A program made the position numbers and the translations under genes. A stretch of 64,000 nt of DNA from Paraphysomonas bandaiensis (Eukaryota; Protista; Chrysophyceae): positions 186,001 through 250,000 of the forward strand of contig CBFFRP010000035.1 of assembly GCA_965644295.1 (NCBI GenBank), given 5' to 3'. Positions within the stretch are counted from its first letter, which is position 1, and every line of letters begins with the position of its first letter. Positions 1 through 12,000 of this stretch are shown here, piece after piece. The notes under the pieces were generated by a model. The model made no database searches. It was not told the origin of the DNA and saw only the letters and a list, made by a program, of their open reading frames with translations.

Positions 1-1046
1 ACGAAACGAAAGCAATAATTCTATGCAACCATACGTAGGTACTAGATATTTATCCAATAGAACAAATATACATGTGGCTCTCTAAGTCAAAAAAATTTAC
101 ATCACATTCCACAAATATTATAAAATATAAATTGTCAATATTGTGTTTGCAGGGATATGTAACATATAGTGTATCATAATCGTATCCTCTATACCTTTAT
201 GTAGCCTAAGATGCCAATTACATCAACACTATTAGTTACTGGAAGTAGTAGATCTTAATTTAAAAAATTATAATCCATAGATTAATTAGTGATTGAAGCG
301 ACTATGATCAAGGGAGAATCGTGCTTTAACTCACTATAAAACACTTGGGGACAACAGTGTAGATATTTTTTGAATTGGCTCAGGCGCAGCACCGTGTAGT
401 CTGTCTGTTGAAAACTGTCCTATGAGAAATGAAACGTCAATTGAATGCCAAGTAAACAGGATATGATCCCGGGTCTTATTATCGTATATTGATCCGAGTA
501 AACTGCGGACGTAATCTGTGGAGCATCCAAGCAAAGAGAGGACTCAATTACCCTCGATAAACGACATGCATTTCTCTTCGATGTGTAGTAGATATGTATG
601 AGGTTAAGGGATGTTACTTTGCATAGAGATACGCCTGTGCATACAAAGATACCACGAGCGATGTGCATGGAGAGTATCCTGTATACGCATGTGTGTATAC
701 CACCGGTATACCACCGTATACCCATAACAAACTAAAATTTTCATTAAAAATTTTCATGTGAGTGCGTGTGTTTGTCTGTGTATGTGTGGGTATGTACGTG
801 TGATGTATGTGATGTGTGTGTGCATATGGTATACCATGGTATACGTAGTTATGCAGTGGGCATGAAGTGCGTCATGAGTACGGACTTAACGACTGCATTA
901 TCACTCTCTGATTCTCTGACAACACACATTGCAACATATCAGCTCAGCAGTACACTGTAGAAGAGATGGATGTTCTGTGCATATGGCAGATACTCCACAA
1001 TCTCTAGATCATATCCGTTCGACATGTCTCACTACTGAGTTCGATA

Positions 1047-2280
1047 ATGATTTGCTACTCCTATCCGAGCCCGTACGCAGCGGATCCCTCTCTACTTGAG
1101 CTCAAGCCAGTTATTCATGCTATGGGCATATCTGACAAAGATATCACTCAGTTTCACTCCGCATTCAGTCGAATCGGTTCACACTGCGACAGTGTGAGTG
1201 TGTCTGAGGTGCTGAACTGGTTGGGCGTATCAGACACAGTTGTCAGTCGACGAGTCTTCTGTGTCTCTCAGTCCGCACCAATGACAATGATGTTTTTGGA
1301 CTTTCTGGTTTGTGTTTGGAATGTGTGTTCTCTACGCACAGATGATATAAGTATGAAATATAAATAGCCAGTGTGCGTGTTTCTAACTCTCTTACACAGT
1401 CGACTTTGCATTTGACTTACTGCGTCTGTGCCATTCAAACCATCCGAGCTGCGGTAATGCCACTGTATTGCGTAGATTATATGGTGAAAGGCACTTTCGT
1501 AAGATTGAATCTGATAAAAGGTACTACTACATTATTTAAATCCGTGTTTCCTCTCATATATACAATATTAGATTGCAACGTGAGCTGGACACAGTACAGC
1601 TCTTGGGTTTGAACAGAGACGAATTTCATATGTTCTGCAAGTCTAACCGGACTTTCTTGTCGCCACTTCTTGAATTACAGCTGAAACTAAGGAAAAAGGT
1701 GCTTGGTGTGAGGTGTTGGAGGAAACTTGCTAAAATACGATTTCGAAGTGAAGCTAAAAGTATGAGAACCATAAGTACCTACCAAAGGACCCTCCAGAAC
1801 ATGCTGTCGCCTCACATGGGTAAGGGAAATGACTCATATGATGGCAACTGCCGACTTAGTGCGGAACACTTGCGTATGAACAGCGATTACTGGTCGAACA
1901 AGTACAACTGTGCTGCATTATCATCGGCTATTTACGGGCCCAAACCTTTTAACTCGTCGTCTAAACCTACGACAAAGGGTAGATCCAATTTGTCGTGTCG
2001 CGAGCAGACCCAGTCTGAGATCAATATTGATTTTAATACTACAACTAGTTCTATGGGACACGATGAGGAGGGTGATGGTGACAAGTCACTTTGTGTCTGC
2101 TCTAATGCTTCCAGTCACAACTCTATAGATCTTATTAAAGAACCCGAATTGCCTCGTTTTGATAGCTGCACGCGAATGGATGAGTACGAAAGCAGCGAGG
2201 AGGGGCATATAAATACAACTCGCGCAAAAGGTGGCTTGTTTTTCTGTAACAAAGTGTTACCGTATGGTGATAAAGAGTAG
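1047..2280 (+). CDS. Degenerate EF-hand (calcineurin B/recoverin-like) protein, 3 exons
   Basis: ORFs 1047-1367 and 1573-2280 joined through two short GT-AG introns (~1351-1400 and ~1521-1571). Spliced product contains FLDFLVCVWNVC, DFAFDLL and LLELQLKLRKKVLGVRCW, resembling a stramenopile EF-hand family; Ca-binding loops look degenerate. Confidence 0.6.
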
Positions 2281-2878
2281 TGTGCGCGGTTCCCGTTTAG
2301 CAAACTTCTATCCACTTTTCCAATTCCTTTTGGAATTTACCTTTATGAATATAACGTTATCGTTTACTTGTACAGAGTGAAGCGATTTCTATTCTGAAAA
2401 ATACACATTCTATATATTTTACCACCTGATAGAATTAGAATTGATTCTGCCTCCGAACACAGATCTAAAGAATCTATTACTGTATCTTCGAAATAGCTTT
2501 TCTAATATCTTGTAATAATATGTATGTATCGCTTTACTTTTGCTGAGCCCAATTGGCAGCGCTGCGTAAGAATTAATTGAATTGCAATTAAAGATTAAAG
2601 TGCATGAAACATACTTAGTAATTGCAATTATAATTGCTCGTGGAAATTATATAGGTATATAGTAAAAGGACATAATATTAGAATTAGAGCTTGAAAAACA
2701 TTAAGGATGGTGGTCATTTATTGTCCACCACCCTTACTGGCTATAATAATAGTGTAAACAGCTCCGCACACTGAAATATGCAAGCAAATTGAGGAAGCAT
2801 GACTTGCCATGTGCTCTTGTCTCTTGTGAGCTTGTGAGGAATGACACTCGATGGGGTTCCTTTACCATGCTCTAAAGG

Positions 2879-2965
2879 CCCTCAACAAAGTCGGACTCGC
2901 ACCTTTTTGTGGTGTTCTGGGGGATAAGTACCGGAGATATTTCTCTGGGAAACTAACGTGAGCCG
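2879..2965 (+). ncRNA. Candidate HDV-like self-cleaving ribozyme at the element 5' end
   Basis: Order P1-J1/2-P2-P3-L3-P3'-P1'-GG-P4-CTAAC-P2' matches the HDV nested double pseudoknot. P1 is imperfect and +1 is C, so activity is unproven. Confidence 0.55.
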
Positions 2966-3470
2966 CAAACACAGACATATTGTTCTGCCCACTCATATGG
3001 CCACTAATTGCTTGTGTGGTGGTACAAGAGACACCAATAAGTGGCATTGTGCAGACGTCTTTGGGACTTGACGAGTAAACAGGCATCCGGTAATAGGCCC
3101 ACCTCACGGGCATCCGGGACAGGGCCCACCTGAAGGGTAACCGGGCTATTGGGCTGCCTGCTGAAGTCAAGCATCATCCGGGCTGTTCACCTTATGGACT
3201 CAGAAAACCTGAAGTCAGCAGATGTCAGTTATATTAACATTCTGCTTGCTCGCGGCGTTTGCTTTGAGCGGTATAGCGGAAGTGGTTGTACCTTGGTGCT
3301 TGCGGCAACCCACAAGCAGCCGTCGTAGAGTTAAATAGTAGGATAATTCAGTTTGTACTATTAGTTAGTTACAGGTAGTAGACGTCTATATATTATCTAG
3401 CTTGACTAGTTTTCTTCTAGGTGCTAAACTAGCTGATTCTTAACGCCTATTGCTAATAATAAGACGTTCA
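2879..3470 (+). mobile_element. Full-length non-autonomous retroposon (family AB)
   Basis: Starts CCCTCAACAAAGTCGGACTCGCACC and ends AATAATAAGACGTTCA; 12-bp TSD ATGCTCTAAAGG (2867-2878) / ATGCTTCAAAGG (3478-3489); homologous to copies at 13.5, 13.7, 27, 48.3, 58.4 and 59 kb. Confidence 0.85.
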
Positions 3471-4163
3471 GTATAATATGCTTCAAAGGTTTTTGGAGTT
3501 CGCAGGAGATCTGAACAGATGCAATTTTGGCAATGAGGTCAACGAATCTCTAATGCAGTGACACATGCTAAATTAGTGCGCATGGCAGCGGAGTTAAGAG
3601 AATTCGAAAACTTTTTTACAATAATTCTCCAGAAAGCTGGCGCCGAAAAGGCCGATCTTAGTGATGTACGCATTTATTCAGTTGCTTAATTCAGAAAATT
3701 TCCAGTACTAGCCACCATCTTGGTGCGGATGATGCAGACACAATTATGAATCAGACCTTCGAAAATGCTGTTGTGAAAGTCCAAACCGGATTGGAGGACA
3801 CTCTTCTCACTGGACCTGAGAAGGCGCAGCTCAAACGTTATTTGTTGTGAACAGAACTGATAATGAAGAGAAGATGTCAAGAATAAAAGCGACTACGAAT
3901 TACCAAACCAACTAAGTACCGCTGCTTGAAGCATATTTACTATTTACACCACTACTAACAGTGTAGAAAGGCTTCTCAGCAGAGCAAAAATCAACATGTT
4001 TCTGATCTGCACAAATCTAAGGCACCTCATCGATTTAATTAGAGGCCCTTATGTTCTTGAGCTTTAATAGACTTCTGTGGAATGCAAGTACGGTTGAAGA
4101 TGCTATTCGTGCTTGTAATGAGTAAATAAGTTAATTAGATAATAATTGGCAATTAAATTGCAA

Positions 4164-4371
4164 ATATTGAAAGTCTTTTTTTATTTAGCAATAGGCGTTA
4201 GAAACCTGTACCAATATAGTGGCTAGTTGCTAGTTGAATGCTAGACATATGACATATACTAGTTAGACCTCTACCATAACCAATCCGTACAAACTGAATT
4301 ATCCTACTATTTAACGCTACAGAAGCTGCTTGTGCGTCGCCGCAAGCACCAAGGTGCAACCACTTCCGTTC
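4164..4371 (-). mobile_element. 5'-truncated retroposon copy (3' tail only)
   Basis: Reverse complement of the shared tail; flanked by AAATTGCAA (4155-4163 / 4372-4380), although this word also resembles native hAT subterminal repeats. Confidence 0.75.
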
Positions 4372-4425
4372 AAATTGCAATTAATTGTTACGCAGCCCTG
4401 TCATTTGGCCTGTATTGCTACGCAG

Positions 4426-4770
4426 TACACACCTTGCGCTCGGTACACTCAGGACCTTCCTACAGAACCCCGTACCACCACAAAGCCCAGTGGAATCTCA
4501 TCCCAAGGAGAGACCCCCTGATAACACGCGCCAGTGAGTCCTGGGACACACGATCATGGCGAAACTCACAATCAACATTAAGAGTGGAAGTGGTCGCACC
4601 TTGGTGCTTGCGGCGACGCACAAGCAGCTTCTGTAGCGCTAAATAGTAGGATAATAGAGTTTGTGCTGATTAGTTATGGATAGAGGTCTACATAGTCTGT
4701 TTATCATTCAACTAGCCACTACATTGGTGCAGATGTTTAACGCCTACTGCTAAATAATAAGACTTTCAAT
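4426..4770 (+). mobile_element. 5'-truncated copy of second family (CB) sharing the 3' tail
   Basis: Body matches 48551-48712; the tail matches the AB tail; possible TSD TTGGCCTG (4405-4412 / 4773-4780). Confidence 0.75.
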
Positions 4771-5212
4771 TATTGGCCTGCTGTATAAAGCTAGTAATAT
4801 AGTCACTGAGATATATCGAGCTGTATTTTTTTAGCATAATTGCTTTCTTGTGATGAATGAGTTGAAGCATTACAATGTGTTACTTTGCTCTCATGGAAAA
4901 ATAATGTATAGAATCACACCAGCTCTGGACAGAGGTCCTTGTAATTTTCACTATGACTATATATTTTTCAAGATTATTATCGAAGAAAAGTTGATTACTA
5001 ATTGTTGTCACGGAGTTAGTAATACTCCTATCTTATCACATACCAAGTTGTATAGCGGCTTTGAAGATAGTCTGCACAATACAACATGTTCCTTTCTAAC
5101 ACGAAGGCACGAGAACAGTCACACAATACGATACGACAACTCTAGACAACCGCTACCACTATGACCACAGGTACCTCGAACACAACTTTATCTTGTTTTA
5201 TACAACTGCTCA

Positions 5213-8200
5213 CTACCCAGAATGGGTGTCCTCCATAAATATAAGCTGGTCAATCAACGGCATGTAGTGTGCTTTGTCAGGTCCAAGTATTTCTTGTACG
5301 CGCTTCTGCTTCAAACTGTCCCCTTCGTCTGACATATCTCCAGGGTCGGAGTTCTGCATTCAAATCATTACAACAATGGGCACTTATAAAATATGGAACT
5401 CACATCGTCAGCTGCATATTGTTTCAGAAAGGCATAAGCTTCATCGAACGCCCTCCTCCCCAGAGCAAGTATACACCTCTGCTTCAGACGTACAATACGG
5501 TCCCCCAAACGACCACACGGGGACGGTGCGTCAACCAGATTTTTGTATGACACTTGTCGTACGGCGATCGGGTTCGGACGATTTACACGAGGTGTCTCTA
5601 CACTGGATTCCTGTTTCTTATATCCCCTGTCCGCTGCTGGAACAGAGCTAACACTCTTGCATGACTGCTCTTCCCATGAATTCTGTACACACCATGTAAG
5701 TTCATGGTAAAAAATGTAGAACATATCTGTGTTGTTGACTTACCCCTATTTCATCCTCCTCGTCGTACACAGCTGCGTCGTCATCATCGTCGTACTCATC
5801 ATCCGATGGTGGGATGACATCATCTACGATTTTTGTACGTGCATCCCCCATCACAATTCCCTTACCGCCTTTGCCGTCTATGAATGACTTGGTCACTTGG
5901 AGTGTCTCTTTTAGCTCCTGACATCGCTTAGTCGCATTGGCCAGCTCCGCTTGTAGCTCCTCCTCCCGTTCGCGGATTATCTCCTCCTCTTCGTGCGCGT
6001 CAGAGGGGTCCTCCTCACCCCACATCTCATCTTCCTGAGACTCCTCGTCAGAATCGGAGTCAGAATTTTCCGCTGAGTCCACGTTCGAGCCACCTCGACC
6101 ATACCTATAAAAACCATCCAGGATGAACGGTGTTACAGAAAGACGAGTGTAGGTTCATTTACCTCGGAGCTCCGCGGGCATTGTGTAATTTTGCCGTAAG
6201 TTCATCCATGCCAATACTAGCCCTCTCTTTGCGTGCATTTTTAGCCTCAAAATTTTTGTCGCCATCTTCACCTCGGGGAGATTTTTGCTCCGCCACAGGA
6301 TGACGAGGGGGAAGGTCGCTGTGAAACTGGCTGTGCTGCTGGTTGTACGCCTGCATACGTATGCGCCTATTTTCTTCCTCAGCGGCGAGTAGAGCCTCCT
6401 GGCGTTCAGCATCCTCTTTCGCCTGCTTTTCTTGCTTCCTCAGCAAGACTTTCTCGCGGGCTGATAGCTGACGATCGTCAACGCGCCTATTGATATCTAA
6501 TCGACCCACAGCCTCGTTCATCTCACCCAGTTTGTCCTCGATATTCTCCATCTGCTCTTTCCGTTGCCCCTCAAATCGAGCTCGCTCGTCTCTTCTACGC
6601 TGTTCCCTCAACGCATCCCGGTCCCTGGAGCGTTTATCTAGCTCCAACTTGTCCCGCTTTAGCTGTTCAATTTCTTCGGCTTGTCTAATGCGTTCTCTTT
6701 CTCTTTGTGCTTCTCGACGGGCAGCAATATCTGCTTGCTGTCTCGCCTGGTCCCTCGCCGCCTTAGCCATCATTTCATCTCTTCTACGCTTGGCTTCCTC
6801 CTCCCGCTCCTTTTCACGCTGCAACTCTTCCTGTTTTTCCTGAGCCTCCCGCAAGCGCCTGTCTCTATCTTCCGCAATCTGCCTGTCCCGTGCTTCCGAT
6901 TGTCTCCGACTCTTTCCCACGTGATGACCATGAGGTGGCTGCTCTGATGCACTGCGTCTGGCATGTCCCCCCATTCCTGCGATGCCCCCATTGCCCACAT
7001 CGTACTTCACTCCCCCCTGTCGAGGCTGACGTAGAGCTGCTGGTTTCCTCGGAGGCCCATCTTTCTTCAAGCCTGAAGGGGAGTTATTGTTCTTGGAAAT
7101 GAATCTTCGTCCTCCGCCACCACCCGCCATTCTCTCTCTGGCTCGATTCTCTCGCTCCTTGCGCAGCTTTTCTAGAGCAGACTCCACCATCTTGCGGTGG
7201 TCTTGCTCTCGCTTAAGCGCATTGGCGGCTTCTTTTGCAATCTTCTTTGCTTCCCCTTCATCCTGTGGGACCCTTTTCGAAATTGGTGCCATCACCTCGG
7301 ATATGGCCTGAGTCATTCCCAAAGAGTCTAGTTGCTCACGAAAGCTCAACATATTGGCGTCATTTCCCATTGCACCCACAGGACCACCGGCCGCCGCACG
7401 GACAATCATAGTGCCCTCTCCAATACCTTCACTGGGGCGCGAACTGATATCTTGAAAAAACTGAAGGATATGTTTTTTGATAAAAGGTTTTCGTAGAATC
7501 TGGTCCAGGTCCGGTCTTTGTTTGGGTTCGGGCAGAAGCATATGTCCGATTAATTCACGCAAGTATCGACTGTACTTGTGATGAATCGCCGGGTAGCGCC
7601 CTTTGATTATCTTCTGTGCAAGACCATTCAGAGAGTTCGCGTCAAAAGCATGATTGAGTGTGGTCATCTCATACAGCACACACCCGAGTGCCCAAACATC
7701 TGACTTATAACTATAGGGCTTGTTCTTGAAGATCTCCGGGGACATGTAATACGGGGTCCCTATGCAAGTTTGGGCGAAGTCCATTGTACCTTCTAAAACT
7801 TTAGAAATACCCAAGTCACCTAGCACAAGTCGACCATTGCCGAGGAGGAAAATATTTTGAGTTTTCAAGTCACGATGAAGAACGTTCTTCGTGTGCATAT
7901 AGTGTACACCCAACGCAATTTGCACAAACCAATGAAGTATTTTATCTTCAGAGAAGAGCTTCCGTCGGGCAGCTTTTATTTGCGATGCGAGGTCACCACC
8001 ATCACAATATTCCATAGCGATACACAAACTTTCACTATTCCTAGACAGAAATGAATCGATATACCTCACAATATTGGGGTGGTTAAGTCGCTTTAAAAGC
8101 TCTACTTCCACCTTTGTGGCCTCGCGCTCCTTTTTGGGTATATTTTTTATTTTAATAATTTTGACACAAACAAATTTCCGCCGCACTTTATCCCTCATGA

Positions 8201-8390
8201 GATATACCTGCCAATACGACCCTTACACACGCAACAATATCATTATTCCCATCAAATCCATCAGAATAGTACACTATACTATACTCAAACAACAGTATAC
8301 ACTCTACACGACAGTATGCGCTACCATCCATCACATTACCTTCCCAAAAGACCCCTCGCCCAGCACTCGAATAGGATCATACTTTTCCAT
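5213..8390 (-). CDS. NIMA-related Ser/Thr kinase (NEK1/3/5-like), multi-exon
   Basis: Exon 1 8340-8390 MEKYDPIRVLGEGSFGK spliced to 8207; HRDLKTQNIFL, LGDLGISKVL, GTPYYMSPE; long coiled coil; acidic region; C-terminal exons ending IDQLIFMEDTHSG*. Confidence 0.92.
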
Positions 8391-9037
8391 CTTTTCAGTT
8401 CAGTGGAATTGGACTTCTATAACGATATAGTCCGTTGCGTAGAACAGAAGTACAGTATGAGTGTATGTATATCTATCACTTGAACTGGACGCTTCAGTCT
8501 CCGCACAGTACAGCCAAAGCGACAAGATATCGATATGACAATATCACTTACGATAAAGGAGTATACATATGACACCAAGATCTGATAGATCAGACGGATG
8601 TTAAATGCTTGTATCTCTTGCCTGTCTGTGTGTGTATGTGTGTGTCTGTACAATGCTCTTTGCTGTCATCATACGCAAACACACGACATGTATACAGTAC
8701 ACTACCTCGTATAGACAGCAGCACAAACTATAACACAACTACAGCCCCCATCTGCTGCTGGTGATGTTCAAAGAATAGTACGTATAGACGTATAGGAATT
8801 CCTACCGAATGTACAGCATTTATACACCTATATGTGTATGTACAGCAGTATGTATACCGTACCTCCAACACAAGTGCGAGTACGATGCATACAGTCATAC
8901 AGCAGTACAAGAGTACATACCCATCTATACACATACACAGAGGCATTGGTGAGATGTACATAGTGGAGTTCCAGTTCAACGCTGTACACATCTAATCGCT
9001 TCAAGACAAGTGGCTGTTTATATGGGTTAGATTAAGA

Positions 9038-12000
9038 ATGGAAGAACGGGAGTGTCGCGTATGTCGCGAGGGGCCCGATGAAGACCATCCCCTCTACGCC
9101 CCTTGTCTGTGTAATGGCAGCATACTGTATTGTCACCAGAGGTGTCTCGAGGGATGGCTGCAGCACAGCGGAAAAGACGCATGCGAATTATGCGGAACAA
9201 AATACAAGTTTTCTCCGAAGTACGCAGACGATATGCCGGAAGTTATACCTTTCAAGCATTTCGTATCTGGAACGATGTCGTATGTGATGTATAAGTTTCT
9301 ACCTGTTTTATTTCGAATAGTTTTAGCAGTAACATGCTGGTTAGTTCTCATGCCGATGGTTACGAGCATGATGTATCGATGGTTTGTCTTCCCTAATGTT
9401 TCCGTGATGCTGGACTTTACATTCGCCGATTGGAATTTTGATTTGGCGAGTGTTTGGAACGATATTGTTACAGGAATCCTTCTCACTGGTTTAATCGGCC
9501 TGTCTTTTATTGTCTTGGTATGAACTACTGTTCATTAGATATAATTGTTTTTATAGCATGTCGTAGATGTCGTTTGCGGACTTTTTGAGAAGCTATTGGA
9601 TGGTCAATCGGCGTCGTCGCAACCTTATTCGAAATGCTGAAAGAGCAATGGCTGCCCGAAATCAGCCCGCTGCCCCACCTTTGCAGATGGATGAGCTAGA
9701 GTTGCTGCTTCGAGAACACCGCGCGCGGAATCCTCCGGAAAGGGCACCAGTTTTACCGGAAGGGAATATGGATGTCCTTGAGCCCAGACCTCAACCCGCT
9801 GGTCCTCGTGATAATAATTTGCAGCGACGAATGCATATTCAGCACGATAATGATGATGCTGTTGAAGGCGTCAATGACCAGCAAGAGCAGGAACATGAGG
9901 AAGGGGCTGATGACGCCGATGATGATTTCAACCTGCCTCATGAAGTGCACGCTGAAAATGACGAAAGAGAGGAGCTAGAAGTACTACAAGACGAGGATCT
10001 TGCAGCACTTCTTAACGAGAACTTTCCGGTAGACGATGCTGCCAATGACGCCAATGAAGCTGGAAATGGTGTTCGTGAAAATGCCAATAACCATCAACCC
10101 CCAGTTGATGGAGAGGTGCGTATTAACGTTTTCGAAATGCTTGGATTGCGGGGTCCACTCTTTGCAGTAGTCCGTTACGCTCTGTGGGTCGTAGCATTTA
10201 ATGTGTGCTGTCTCTTGGTGGGAATGTTCATACCTTCGTGCTTGGGTGACGTCTTTATTCTAATATTCAAACCATATGCCATGATACTTATACGATTTGT
10301 GGGGTCTCTTTTCCCGGAACACGTTGTGGAAGCAATGGTGTATACATGGAATTCATTAATCACTCCTTCCGCTGCGAATAAAATAATTCGGTTGAGTGAT
10401 ATTCTGCTTACTTTTGTTGGATACGCAGGTGGTGCTGTTGTTGTGTACCTGCTCAGCCACATCGGAAGTGGCATAAAGTATATTATGTACAACCACTTGA
10501 CACGCAGTACTTCGGTGTTTTTTACCACTATTTCTGCATTGAAAGATGTCATCAAGATAGGTTCATTGCTGGGTGTGAGAATATTTGTAATGCCGTGTAT
10601 TATTGGTACGTATTTGATGTACCGTCAATATTGTTACACGTTACTGGGAGCATATTTTGTAAAAAGTATGCATTGGTTCGTTAATTGTTTTATAAGATGT
10701 ATTACTCAAGCACTTACGATATTTTGTATAGGATGCATGGTGTTGCGGTGTGCCAATATCATCGTCCAGTACCCTATTTCCGTCTTTCTTGATTGGGCGG
10801 GGAACAATATCATTGGTGCGATTGCCGTCTCATGGGGAATCGGGATTGCGTACATGTTATGTACTACCATTGCCATTCTTCAACTCAGAGAAGTCTTGCA
10901 TCCAGAACTGTTAGCGCGATATATTCGTCCACAGGAGTCACAGACTGACCTGTTAAATTCTCTGTTAGTGGATTCAATGGCTGTTCAGCTACGTCGGCTG
11001 GTTGTTTCATTTTTGGTGTACGTTTTTCTCATAGCACTCTTCGTTTGGGTTCCAGTAGTTGGTTTTAAAGCTATCCTTTGTCTTACATCCCCTATTCCAA
11101 TATACACATGGTATATTGTTCCAGAGATACAGGCTCCACTGGAGGTCGCCGTTTTACATACTGTGTTCCTGATGATGCTGGAGAAACACAAGGATAGCAT
11201 TGGGCACGCTGAACACCATGGACTCTTATATTTGTCCACGAAACTAGGAGTCAATAGATTTTTGCTGCCGTACTTTGCGAAGCCGATATCAGTGAGTACC
11301 GTCCACTACATATTATCGTTTACATTACACATACTGTGCAAAGTATAACTGCTCATGAAATAACTGTTGTTTTTAAATTTGGGTGATAATAATGTGTTTT
11401 ATAGTCCGAGGAGGAACGTCTTCAGGCTCAGAAGGGAAACAAGGAAATAGTGGTTGTGCGTGGGTCACTTAAGGCGGTTGTTGGACAGCCGATGCGCCGC
11501 CCGCCCCCTGGTTGGGACGCTCGTACAAGAATGTCTACGGTAACACTTGTCCTCTACATGATATATTATACGTGATCAGTGTCTCTTGTGAACTTACTTC
11601 TCTTTGTAGACTCGTTGGGCCTGGAATGCTTCACAGGCGACAGACCTTGAGCGACTGGTTGCTCCTCGTGTATTCCCGTCATTCCTCATTATCCGTATTT
11701 TGCTCGTTGTGGCCGTGTGTTGGCTGGCAGTGGTTCTAGCGTCGGCGGCTATTACCATACTTCCTCTGAGCCTCGGTCGGCTGATGGCATATCTACTTCT
11801 CATACCGCAAGCGTATATTCATGACCCTGTTTGCATTTTGATTGGATATCTGGTTATATTTACTTCGCGGCGGTACATTCAGTCCTTATGTGCGTTGAAA
11901 GCAGTCTTCAAACTTCCCTTGCTCTCAATGGATAGGAAGACATTATTGACTGGTACGTGGTAGATGTTATGTGGTTGTGTATATAATATTATTGGGTGCG

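Larger units (their letters stand above)
2750..4122 (+). pseudogene. hAT transposase pseudogene (internally deleted, frameshifted, interrupted at 2879-3477)
   Basis: Manual translation gives KQLRTLKYASKLRK, RNDTRWGS, MLQRFLE, LSDVRHLFSCLI, FENAVVKVQ, TTNSVERLLSRAK and EALMFLSFNRLLW, i.e. the hAT TRW motif and the C-terminal dimerisation-domain S..ER..S motif. Confidence 0.8.
2557..4400 (+). mobile_element. Decayed hAT-superfamily DNA transposon with nested retroposon insertions
   Basis: 13-bp TIRs CAGCGCTGCGTAA (2557-2569) and TTACGCAGCCCTG (4388-4400); degenerate 8-bp TSD CCAATTGG/TCATTTGG; AATTGCAATT subterminal repeats; transposase remnants inside. Confidence 0.8.

Noticed and set aside
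334-570. Possible minus-strand gene partnering the EF-hand gene
   Set aside because: Only a 66-aa ORF with no recognisable motif and a doubtful 36-nt intron.
2862-3170. Recurring ORFs in repeat copies (MTSAGSP..., LSPRTPQKGASPTLL)
   Set aside because: Frames shift between copies; the similarity reflects DNA repeat homology, not coding constraint.
4603-4630. TGCTT-GCG-GCGA-CGC-AC-AAGCA resembles group II intron domain V
   Set aside because: No AGC/CGC catalytic triad at the right spacing and no other intron domains or RT.
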